Shown here piece after piece: positions 1 through 10,583 of a DNA stretch of 64,000 nt. Made by a program: the position numbers and the translations under genes. The stretch is taken from positions 96,001 to 160,000 of the forward strand of contig CAVOHZ010000010.1 in assembly GCA_963695855.1 (NCBI GenBank), given 5' to 3'. The notes under the pieces are model-generated. The model worked only from the letters and a program-made list of their open reading frames with translations, searched no databases and had not been told where the DNA came from. Origin of the DNA: an uncultured Nitrososphaerales archaeon. GTDB taxonomy: Archaea; Thermoproteota; Nitrososphaeria; Nitrososphaerales; Nitrososphaeraceae. Position 1 is the stretch's first letter. The number at the start of each line of letters is the position of its first letter.

Positions 1-553
1 TGATAACGTAACAATCCCAATGTACTTCCAGCGAAATAATAAATTCTAAAACTCAAACGATAGATATTCTTCTCTTATATTATATTAAAAAATTATATCA
101 GAATTCTTTTGGTTATCAAAAAAGATCGTTAAATCTACAAGATTGTATTGAATACTTAAGCCATGGTTATATTCAGATTTGATATAATATTTGTCAGATT
201 ACGTCATATAGAGGAGGTAGTTACATTTTATTATAACTTTTCATTGTAAAAAAATTATACAAAACGGTCATAACCTTTTCATGTTGTGTAGAGTATATTA
301 GGTCAATTAAAAAGAACTGTGGTAATATTGTTAAGTATATAAAATCATTGAATTGGTTATTTAGGCAATAATATGCTTAAGATGAAGAACAATGAATTCA
401 AATATTGACTGTGAGATATATGGTATCATATGTTAGATGATTTAAATACTAATAATTTAATCGGATGAATAATAGTAATGATCTACAATCATTTTTTTAT
501 AGTTTATAATAAAAGAAAATGTTAACAAATACTTAATTACAAAATGTCCGGTA

Positions 554-1172
554 ATGAAAGTGCTATAGGAAAATTAAAAATAGTCTAGTTATTTTATTTT
601 TCGTTATGATACAACCATCTATAACATTAGTAGAATATTTAACACTGAAGACTGCCAATGGTCAAGTTGATAATACCATTCCTTATTTCGATAAATCTAT
701 TCCAACTGAAAAACCAAAAATAGATGTAGATATCGAAGGAACTGATAACGATGATAAGATTAAGGGTGGTGATGGAGAAGATAAAATAGAAGGAAGACTA
801 GGTAATGATAAATTAGCTGGGGGAACAGGTAATGATAAGATCAATGGTGGAGAAGGCCATGATACGCTGAAAGGAGAACATGACGATGATAAGAGTAAAG
901 GCGGACTTGGAAATGATAAGCTCAATGGAGAAAGAGGTAATGACAAACTTGATGGCGGGAAAGGAGATGACATCTTGTTTGGTGGAAGGAATGATGATGA
1001 GCTTGATGGAGGTGAAGGAAATGATGAAATGATTGGCGGACCGGGATCTGATACCTTTACTTGCGATCGGTTTGATGTAATACTCGATTTTAACTCTAAC
1101 GAAGGTGATCAAGTAAATGAATCATGTTCACCAGAAAATAAAGCCAAAGCAGAAAACAATATTAATAAATGA
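554..1172 (+). CDS. Secreted calcium-binding RTX/hemolysin-type (GGxGxD) repeat protein; signal-peptide start appears frameshifted
   Basis: ORF 606-1172 has about 10 GGxGND nonapeptides and resembles 17729-18382. The in-frame upstream stretch KCYRKIKNSLVILFFV is signal-like, but the ATG at 554 is one base out of frame. Confidence 0.75.
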
Positions 1173-1609
1173 AAAATCTGTTATGGATGTTATCAATTTT
1201 TAAAATTAGGTATATACTCAAATATACTCAATGAAAACGATATGCTTCATACAACAAATCGATATCTGTAAATTGCACTGATAATAATATTACTGGAACA
1301 AAATTTTCCGATTTATTTTGATGACTTTTTATTAATGATCAAACATAATTTTAATCTAATCGATCAGAATAACTTAGAAAATGAACATATTAAAAAATAC
1401 TTAAATGTTATAATCAAACAATGTATATCTTTTTTTAAAAACTAACTTGGAAAATTATCCAACGAGCTAAAAAGTAACAACATCTACTTATCTAAAATAA
1501 GTTTATTCAATAAGACTCAATCTTATTGACTACGAAAATTTCTATTCTCATTCTATACACTGAAAACAAACATCTATTTTAAATTCATTTTCGATATCTT
1601 TCTAATTCA

Positions 1610-2020
1610 ATGAATATCAAATATACGAATTTTATCTGGACCGTATTAATCGTTATGGGTTTAGGCTCATATTCATCTGTAAATCATGTATCTTACATAA
1701 ATGCTCAAGAGGATAAAGACCCGTTAGAAATGGTAAAGAATATTAGAAATTTATTAAATCAAACAATGACAGAATATAAAAATGCAAATTATACAGGTGC
1801 ATCTGATCTCGTAGACATAGCATATCTAGATAATTATGAATATATTGAAGACCCATTGAAAAAGCTAGATAAAGATTTAATGGAAGAAACCGAAGTATTG
1901 ATTAGGGTAGATTTTTCAAATGCAATAAATGATCAAGGTTCTATCGATAATATAAACAGCATGTATAGTAAAATTCAGGACAATCTTGATTTGATAGAGA
2001 ATCTATTCAGACAGAATTAA
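1610..2020 (+). CDS. Secreted helical hypothetical protein; resembles the AYLDNYEYIE domain seen in thaumarchaeal FTR1/PEFG-type proteins
   Basis: N-terminal signal peptide, AYLDNYEYIE motif; family assignment from memory. Confidence 0.55.
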   Translation: MNIKYTNFIWTVLIVMGLGSYSSVNHVSYINAQEDKDPLEMVKNIRNLLNQTMTEYKNANYTGASDLVDIAYLDNYEYIEDPLKKLDKDLMEETEVLIRVDFSNAINDQGSIDNINSMYSKIQDNLDLIENLFRQN

Positions 2021-2645
2021 AAATTACTATATTCTAAATTTTAAAGCGAATTCTAATTTTTATTTTATCAGGTACATTTTATTACCCTAACGATATATTG
2101 GCAGTGAATGATTGTTAATAAATTAAAAATTATTGCAATTGATTGTAGATAACTTCACCTATGCAATTAATTAAACAATCATTGCACGGAATTATTGAAT
2201 AATCATTCTCATTTTTGATTCCAATTCCGTCGTAGAAGTGATACCAATACAATTCCTTCCTTTGTTATGTTTTACGTAAGCACCACACATTCTAAATCTG
2301 AATAATGTACCATAAAGCAAATAGAAGAATCGTATAGCATATCTAAATTGTACGTAGAAAAAAATAAGATGACATTACTGTACAATATTTATCATAGTCT
2401 AGATTGTACTTTTCGTTTATGGATTAGCCATAATATCTATATATGATCTTATATGCCACGACATATCAAATAATATCACCGATACGTGTGCAAAATATGG
2501 TTTACTGGTTTCGCCTGAACTTTGGAATGAATTTCTAGTAAATAACGCAGGTTCTCAATATCTTTTTCTTTTAAACTGGACAAGATTCTCTAAATGGAGA
2601 AATACTGGCAGATTTATTAATTGATACAGAGAGATATTTTGCCAG

Positions 2646-3662
2646 GTGTTCAATCGTTATTATCACTACAATTATTCCATTTTCATTTTTTTATTTGCAG
2701 TTTTTTCTTCAATCCAGATGTCTGTAAATGCTGAAAAAATAAACCCACCTATCGAAGATGAGATTAATATTGTAGCGGCAGGAGATTAGTACTGTAATGA
2801 AGAAACTAAAAAAACTATAGCGAATATTGTCTCTGTAAAACCAGAAATAATAATTACAACTGGAGACCATGTTAAGGAAGAAAAATCCGCAGATTGCTGG
2901 ATTAAAATGTCTAAACCAATTCATGATAAACTGTTTATAGCAATAGGAAATCATGATGCGGAATTTAAAAAAATATATAAACAGATTGTTGATCATCATG
3001 ACCTGGAAAGTCCTTATTATTCACACGATTTTCAAAATATCCATCTTATCAGTTTATCATCTGAGCATCCTTTCGAAAATGGAACTAAACAATATGAATA
3101 CATAAAAAAAGATTTAGAACAGATTTCAAAAAATCCCAAAATTGATTGGATAATGTTGCATCAGCATAAGCCTTTTTACTCTAGCAAACAAGATAAGGGT
3201 CAAGCAGAAAATTTAAGAGATACATTTTTACCATTATTTGAAAAACATGGTGTTGACCTAGTAATTTCAAGTCATAATCAGTACTATGAGAGAACATATC
3301 CTATCTGGTATAACAAACCAATAGAAATTGTAACAGATGAGCAAGTGATACCAGAACAAATAATCACTGATAAGTCAAAAACCAACTATAACAACCCTAG
3401 AGGAATCATATTCTTAACAGTTGGTACAGCAGGAGATAAACTAAACAAGGTCAGGGAGAATCATGATTATTTTATAATACAGGAAGATAAGTTTGGTTTT
3501 CTTAATATGAAATTACAAGATGACGGCAGAACTTTAATTGGAGAGTTTCGTACAAATGATGGAAAAATAATAGACCATTTTGAAATAAGCAAAAAGATAC
3601 TATTATCAAATGTAGTCGATCAAAAAAGTATACCATCATATGATGTCGATTTACAGACTTGA
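2646..3662 (+). pseudogene. Secreted calcineurin-like metallophosphoesterase (purple acid phosphatase-like) interrupted by an in-frame TAG
   Basis: GTG 2646, signal peptide, AAGD*YCN (TAG 2787-2789 where the paralog at 34025-36451 has GDWGCN), then TGDH, GNHD, HKPFY, SHNQYYER motifs in the same frame as ORF 2907-3662. Confidence 0.8.
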
Positions 3663-3781
3663 ATATGCAACGCCATTCTAGTAATCGAAAAATGAAATAT
3701 TTCATATTATCCTCTACAAAATGTATGAATGATATTTAAGTAAGAAATGATAATTACTACTAAAACAAATAAAGAGGGTAA

Positions 3782-3824
3782 ATCTCAGATGTAGATCATA
3801 TACTTATCCATCTACATCTGAGAT
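3782..3824. repeat. Perfect 15-bp inverted repeat with 13-nt loop
   Basis: ATCTCAGATGTAGAT (3782-3796) / ATCTACATCTGAGAT (3810-3824). Confidence 0.85.
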
Positions 3825-4006
3825 CATGTCGAATGACTGGGTGTAGTCTATTTACAGTGACAATGCCAACGTCTTCCAGACGTCGATATAGTTAGGTTAA
3901 CCTAATATATAATGATATATCAAATTCTAATCTTGGAAAATAAAAAGAAGTTATTAATCAATTCTTTTTTTGTTTCTTACTTTTTGGCTAAAGAATATTT
4001 GTCTTA

Positions 4007-4912
4007 GAGCCTATCGCAAAAATAGATAGGAATATAGCTCATTGGTTTCTTATCATATCTGATAATGCTTAATAAAAAGTATGGTAGAACAATCATACGC
4101 ATTCCAGATGATCTTTGGAATGAAATTTAAGATATTTTACCAGATGAGAAACCGGAGAACACTATAGATAGTCCAATTGTTCCATACAGAAAAGTCCTTG
4201 ATGGAATAATGTTTATACTAAGAACTGGATGTCAGTGGAAAATGTTACCCAAAGAATATGGTTCTGGTTCAACATGTCATAGAGGATTTCAAGAATGGGT
4301 ACAATCAGATATATTTGATAGAATCTGGACAAGATTGCTACAAATATATGATTTAACGAAGGGAATCAAATGGAACTGGCAATCACTTGACAGCATCTCT
4401 ATAAAGTCACCTTTAGGGGGGCGAGGACAGGCCATAATCCTACTACAGATAGAAGCAAATTAGGCACCAAAAGACATATTCTTACAGATAAAGATGGTAT
4501 TCCTCTCTCTACTGTTATAACATCTGCGAATACTCACGATGTTACTGTTGCAATTGATACAGTTGATAGCATTGTAATCAAAAGACCATCATCATCTCCC
4601 AAAGTAAAGCATAACCAGAAGAAACAAAATCTGTGTCTTGATAAAGCATATCATTCCAACGAAGTAGAACAAGAAATGGTCAAGAGAGAGAGGATACATT
4701 CCACATATCCGACACAGAAGAGAAGAAAAGATATTTTGTAGAAAACATCCTTTAAGACGATGGGTTGTCGAGAGAACAAATTCATGGCACAATAGATTCA
4801 GGAAATTATTTACAAGATATGAAAAAAAAGAAGGATGAGGAGAACTATCTAGGTCTTGTACAATTAGCAAATAGCATTATTATCTACAGGAGGATAATTT
4901 TGGGATAGGTTC
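4007..4912 (+). mobile_element. IS5-family element (IS1031/IS427-like), degenerate transposase
   Basis: TIRs GAGCCTATCGCAAAA / TTTTGGGATAGGTTC, TTA duplication (4004-4006, 4913-4915); motifs ILRTGCQW, DKAY, RWVVERT; premature TAA near 4128 and a frameshift in the A-tract near 4822. Confidence 0.9.
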
Positions 4913-4969
4913 TTAGTATAAAAAATTGTATAAAAGTTAAAATATATACATCATATTTACAGAAATAAC

Positions 4970-5395
4970 ATGAAAAAAACTTTGTATTCGCTTATAGCGA
5001 GTCTAGTAGTACTTACTGTTTCTGTTCCTTCATTTGCTGGGGATTCAGTATTTGCACAAAATACAACAAAAGCCATAGGTGCATCAATGCCTTACTATCT
5101 CTTTCCAGCACATATTGAAGGAGTTGAAGAAGGAATTTTAAAAATCCCGCATCATGCTTTTTCATTGCAAACAATTGTTGCAAATAAAGGCGAGAATGTA
5201 ACTATTAAATTCTATAACACTGAAGCATATGAAGCACATACATTCACTTTAGACGCTCCATATAATATTAATAAAGATCTGATAGGAGGACAAAATTCAA
5301 CAATTAATTTTGTTGCTGATAAAGAAGGAATATTCACCTACTATTGTGTATATCATCTGCCAACTATGACAGGAAAATTGGTTGTATTACCATAA
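4970..5395 (+). CDS. Secreted cupredoxin-domain (blue copper-type) protein
   Basis: Signal peptide; HTF...YYCVYHLPTM with His/Cys/His/Met type-1 Cu ligands. Confidence 0.85.
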   Translation: MKKTLYSLIASLVVLTVSVPSFAGDSVFAQNTTKAIGASMPYYLFPAHIEGVEEGILKIPHHAFSLQTIVANKGENVTIKFYNTEAYEAHTFTLDAPYNINKDLIGGQNSTINFVADKEGIFTYYCVYHLPTMTGKLVVLP

Positions 5396-5721
5396 CAATA
5401 ATTATTAAATTATTTTTTTAAAACCTTTAAATTTATTTTATTTAAGCTATGAGTATAAATTATAATTATTGTATGAAAGTTGGGTATAATTGAGCGCATG
5501 TATCATAGATTATATATTTGAAACATCAGTCATATAGAAATTTCTATCGTATACATATTTCACTTTGTACCTAAACATCATTTTCTATTCTTCTTATAGT
5601 CAATAATTCAGCATGATAAAATATTACGAGATTAAATAATGTTCCTTCTAACCTTAGATATATTGAAATCGTATTTAACAATGTAATAGCCAATAAAAAG
5701 ATAGTTCTGGCTACTATCACC

Positions 5722-6384
5722 GTGATAGTAGCCGCAGGTCTACTGGCTCTAAACCCATCGATGATAGGATACGCACAAGCGCAAATGTACGACAATCAGT
5801 ACAGACACGACAATAACTATTACCAAGACGACAATAGATATAGTTATGATAAAAACGATCCAAAGAGTTCTCAAGTAGATATACAGAAAATAAATTGTGT
5901 GAACAGTAACATAAATGTCAATGGTGTAGATATTACCCAGATACCCCAAGACGATGCTGGCATAGGAGCAACAAATGAAGAAGCAGGTCCAGATGGAGCA
6001 AACACACAGAATGGCAAAGGGCTTACAGATATAATAAACTTCAAGAAGAAGCTTGTCAATATATGTGTAAATGTGAATGACAACGAAAAGGTAAAAGTTA
6101 CTCCTCCAGAAGAATAAGGAGACCAAGGATGTGAAGACTGTTTTAGGAATAATCTAGATGCAGATCAAATCGATTTACTACTGGAACGTGCAGTGATAGC
6201 ATTGCAAATCGTCAGAGGAGATATATCCCTTGAAGACCTATGCACAATACTAGATCTCATTGAAAATGGCCAAGATGAAACCCAAGCATTAAGCAGAATA
6301 ATAAATTCGATTGATGACTCCAAGACAAGCACAATACTGAATTGCTTGGTACAATTGCGATTAATTCACCCAATACAACCCTGA
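5722..6384 (+). pseudogene. Secreted hypothetical protein (KINCVNSNINVNG family) split by an in-frame TAA
   Basis: ORFs 5722-6117 and 6193-6384 share a frame; read-through gives PPEE*GDQGCEDCF...LNCL; paralog at 47558-48025. Confidence 0.7.
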
Positions 6385-6543
6385 AATCTTTTTTTCTTTT
6401 TTTTTAACATGAATAGTGTGATTAATCTATTATTACTCTAGCGCTATTGCTACCCCCAGCAATAAGATAAGTCGTAGAAGATTTTTTTCTTGCCTGATTT
6501 CTTAGTGTTGTCGTCTACGTTATAACTTTAGACAATTTAACAT

Positions 6544-7767
6544 CTATCTTTTTAGAATAATTTCTAATTCATCATCATCAAGTTTACTAGAGACAATTCT
6601 CATGTTCAGAGCAGCCAATGGCAAAGTAACAATATGGGTAATATATCTCAGGTCATGTTCTATGCTTATAATTAATTCATCATATTTTTTTTTAATGTCT
6701 AGTTGAGCATTACTTGCAAAAGGAATTTTGAACTTGATGATTATTGAATCCTCTTTTTCTTGTATAGAATAGACTTTTCCTTCAAAAAAAATGGTAGATG
6801 GATCATCATTGCCAAAAATCCCTAGACCGTGTTCTCTTAACATTTCAATACCTTGTAGCTCTTCTTTTTGATATTTTGCTTCTTTACAAGGTAAAGGAAA
6901 AAAATTTAATTTTATTTTTTCTGAGGTTATTCTCTTTGCTTCTTGATCAAAATCTACTTTATTTATTACCACAAGATCAACATTTATTCCAAATATATTT
7001 GCTGACATTAAAGAGCGTTTAGCATTTTTTACACTAAAATTATCTGGATTAGTTACTAGTCGTAAACTAGTGACCCCTTGATTGGAAATTACGCTAAATA
7101 AGTTCTCAAGGCGTTTTAGTATATCGGTTTGAGCTATGATAGAATCTAAATTGGTATTGTAAGGTGAGAATGGTTGAAACATTTTGGCGAATCCCGCAAA
7201 TAAATTACTCAATCCAGTAGTATGTCTTCTCATCGATCCAATTATTTTTGGAAGATAGAGAAAACGAAGCGCTTCTCCAGAAGCTGGCATATCAAGTATA
7301 ACGACGTCATAACTATCTTCTTTAATTACTTCTTCAATTTTAAGCAAGGAAAAAAGTTGGGTCATTCCAGGCAACATTGCTATCTCATATTCGAGATTTG
7401 ATTCGAGTCCTTTGCCAAAAAATGAGGTACTCATGGTGGAAACAATATCAAGGTATTTTTCACTGATTTCTACTATTGGATCGATTTCAATTGCCTCAAG
7501 ATTTGAAAGGACATTCTTGATCTCATACCCAATATCCACACAGAGAGCATCACTAAGTGTGTGCGCTGGATCTGCAGACATCAAAAGTGTTTTATATTTT
7601 CGTTCTGCCAAATTAATAGCAGTAGCACAAGAGGTGACAGTCTTTCCTGTTCCGCCCTTACCTGTATAGATAATCAGTCTCAACTCAATTAATTTACCAT
7701 TATCAATATTTATCTGCTTAAGTTTAAAGGTAGAAACAACAAGATAAAATATAGTTTTATTGAACAC
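6544..7767 (-). CDS. ArsA/GET3-family ATPase with C-terminal HSP20-like domain
   Basis: GKGGTGKT P-loop, SADPAHTLSD, DMPASGE; true start probably near 7686. Confidence 0.85.
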   Translation of the reverse strand: MFNKTIFYLVVSTFKLKQINIDNGKLIELRLIIYTGKGGTGKTVTSCATAINLAERKYKTLLMSADPAHTLSDALCVDIGYEIKNVLSNLEAIEIDPIVEISEKYLDIVSTMSTSFFGKGLESNLEYEIAMLPGMTQLFSLLKIEEVIKEDSYDVVILDMPASGEALRFLYLPKIIGSMRRHTTGLSNLFAGFAKMFQPFSPYNTNLDSIIAQTDILKRLENLFSVISNQGVTSLRLVTNPDNFSVKNAKRSLMSANIFGINVDLVVINKVDFDQEAKRITSEKIKLNFFPLPCKEAKYQKEELQGIEMLREHGLGIFGNDDPSTIFFEGKVYSIQEKEDSIIIKFKIPFASNAQLDIKKKYDELIISIEHDLRYITHIVTLPLAALNMRIVSSKLDDDELEIILKR

Positions 7768-8385
7768 TAGTAAAAGATCATTATAGTTATTCTTTTCGGG
7801 TATCTATTCTCAAATAGTTAACGTACCTGCCTCCTATTATGTTCCATCTCTATTAAAGCAATACTTCTATTTTGATGAATTTCATTATATTTGCATGATT
7901 TACCCTTTGAGACTACTATAAGATTTGACGGATATTTTCTTAGCTTTGTTCAACTGATTTCTTCTGTTGTTTGTGAGAATATTGGAAAGAATAGTAAATG
8001 TGATGAGATAATAAAGATAGAATTAAAAAAATAAAAAAACTGTATCGTTAACAAACCACGATACTAGAAAAACTTTGCACTATAGCCAAAAAGATCCTCA
8101 TGTTATACAGTATTATTCATCAATTACAAATCTCATAATAAAGTATCTAATTATTATCATCAAAAATATTCTACCTGTGTATTAGAATCCCTGCTTTTGG
8201 AAGGTGTCATCTAGCACAAATTAATCGGCATATATTAATATTAATATATTCACATTGAAAAATAGTATATTAATCTAATTTATCTTCAAATCTTAAATAG
8301 TAATTTCATTTTCATTTTAGTATGTAATCGTTTATTAGACGTTAGACACAATTTACCAAATCGATATCAAAATTTTGAAGATATC

Positions 8386-9276
8386 TCACTCAATTCCCGT
8401 AGAAAATTTCATAGACTCAATTTTGTCGGCCAATTTGTTCATCTCTAAACTAAATTCATGGGTAGGATTTTTTAAAACAGTTAAAAATTCTCGACTGTCA
8501 AATTGAATATCGCAGTAACATGGAATGCTGGATATTATTTCCATGTCCATTTCCTTTCTTAGTCTTGTTATTCTTTCAGATTGTTCGTAGAACAACTTAG
8601 GCAAATTGGTGTAGTCAGCCTGAAATTTTACTGCATCATCTGATGTACGACAAAAACCAGCTATTCGATTAAGTAATAGAAACGATCTAGTTCCATGGTT
8701 AGTCAAAACATCATAAATTTCTGTTACCATCCTACCAGTACATTCCATATCTATTCCATCCATCTTCAAGAACAAAATAATAACATCAGCAATCGCTAGT
8801 GAATTTATAGACCAGTATCTTATACCTGTGCTAGTATCAAGGATAATGTAATCAGTATCTTGTTTGGAAGCCATTTCCTTAATTTTAATGAATTTTCTAA
8901 GTAATTCTATCTTTGAGACATTATCTCTAAGAGCATTATCTAATTTTGTGATTTCATTTTTTGATGAATTCGAAAAGGAGACATAGAATTTTCCCCTCTG
9001 GGCTCTATTTCCAGACTGGGATGAAATAAATTGATCAAATACAGAATTAACATTATAAATCACATCGTCAAAATCTGAGGCATTGAATAGAAAGTCATTT
9101 ATCCATTTTTTTGGATCTTTGTCAAAATATGTCTGCAATGTTGGAGCATATACATCCATATCTATCAACAGAACATTGTTACCGCGCAGTACCAACAAGG
9201 CAGAGATATTGGAGGCGATTGTAGACTTCCCCGTTCCGCCTTTGTAAGAATGTAGTGCAATACATTCTTTGAGCAA
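8386..9276 (-). CDS. MinD/ParA-family ATPase
   Basis: HSYKGGTGKST deviant Walker A, LLIDMD, ILDT. Confidence 0.85.
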   Translation of the reverse strand: MLKECIALHSYKGGTGKSTIASNISALLVLRGNNVLLIDMDVYAPTLQTYFDKDPKKWINDFLFNASDFDDVIYNVNSVFDQFISSQSGNRAQRGKFYVSFSNSSKNEITKLDNALRDNVSKIELLRKFIKIKEMASKQDTDYIILDTSTGIRYWSINSLAIADVIILFLKMDGIDMECTGRMVTEIYDVLTNHGTRSFLLLNRIAGFCRTSDDAVKFQADYTNLPKLFYEQSERITRLRKEMDMEIISSIPCYCDIQFDSREFLTVLKNPTHEFSLEMNKLADKIESMKFSTGIE

Positions 9277-9335
9277 TTCATATAAACTAAATACTTTATT
9301 ATATTTATTTTTTTATGATTATAATCAAAGTTATA

Positions 9336-10058
9336 GGCTGTGTTAACTTAAGACTGTTTCACCTCCAATTTTGAATACAATATTGTTTCTGATTTTTGCG
9401 TTATACAGATAAACAAATAATTTGATCCAATTGTATACATGCTGTAGATCACAATTATTCTTACTCTTAACAAAACATGGATAGTAATCATCAAAACATT
9501 CTGTTCTATCCTTGAAATACTGCATTACTCTTTCGATAAGGCTCTTCTCTAAAGGTGAATGCAACCTATGTTTCAGATTTAAAAAGTTGCATGCTTGTGG
9601 ATACCATGTACCTCCATCTGTGTATACAGTATGTTTTCCATACCTTGATACAAGCGATCTGATAAAATTTTCTGCTACAAACATGTTTCTCTCTTCTGAA
9701 ATATAGATTCCAAGTACAGATTTGTCAATTGGTTCAATACAGATCCACAACCAAAAATGTTGATTACCAATCTGAATTATAGTTTCATCTATGATGAACG
9801 CTGATACTCTTTTTCTCTTGTAAATCTGCAATGAACCAAACCGTTGAATCCATTTCCAAACAGCAACATAACTCCTTTTTTGGTCCTTAAACAGTTCCAA
9901 TGCTTTGGATGTATTTCGTAGACTGAGACCAAGAAAGTACAAATAAAGAGAATACATTACTATACATGTGGATGTTCTATTTCTGACAAATCTTAACAAC
10001 ATATGTTGTTAGAATAGAACCTTCACAGCTGTAGCTCTTTCCTTAAGTTAACAGGACC
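9336..10058 (-). mobile_element. IS6-family element with intact transposase
   Basis: TIRs GGCTGTGTTAACTTAAG / CTTAAGTTAACAGGACC; 8-bp direct repeat AAGTTATA at 9328-9335 and 10059-10066. Confidence 0.9.
9343..10002 (-). CDS. IS6-family DDE transposase
   Basis: GLSLR...VWKWIQ HTH region; IDET, TDGG, IER DDE motifs. Confidence 0.9.
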   Translation of the reverse strand: MLLRFVRNRTSTCIVMYSLYLYFLGLSLRNTSKALELFKDQKRSYVAVWKWIQRFGSLQIYKRKRVSAFIIDETIIQIGNQHFWLWICIEPIDKSVLGIYISEERNMFVAENFIRSLVSRYGKHTVYTDGGTWYPQACNFLNLKHRLHSPLEKSLIERVMQYFKDRTECFDDYYPCFVKSKNNCDLQHVYNWIKLFVYLYNAKIRNNIVFKIGGETVLS

Positions 10059-10583
10059 AAGTTATATATTGCATATTTTTGATTAACCTACTAAACATTA
10101 TGATATTTTATTTTAATCAACAAGACAAATTATTTGGTGAATATAATTAAAATATTAACTTTTTTCATTCTATAAATAACTTGCTTTAACTCTTTATTCT
10201 ATCTAATGGATTTTTTGCTCATGCTAAATTTTGTTCTCAATTTTTGCATCTTTGCGTCCGCATTAAATGATCTGCTTACACAACAAAAAATTGTTATGTC
10301 TTAAATTTTGATTTATTATTGAAAACTTCAAGAAACTTCATAAAGATACCGGTCTTTAGAGAAATTCATTCATTTCAATATAATTTTAAAGGGATGAACA
10401 ATCTAAAGTAGTAAATCTGAATATTTTAATTAAAAATAAATGGATAGCAAAGATAGTATTGATGATTATTATGTTTTATAATATATGAATTTAAAATTTA
10501 TCTAAAATTATGAATATTAAAAATTAAGACTATTGAAAAAATAAATATAAAAGATTTTTGGGGTTATTTTACCCCTAGTTGTG

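Noticed and set aside
2787-2789. Pyrrolysine or stop-codon recoding at the in-frame TAG
   Set aside because: The position is Trp in the paralog (TGG>TAG is one transition), no pyl genes are visible, and other genes end normally at TAG
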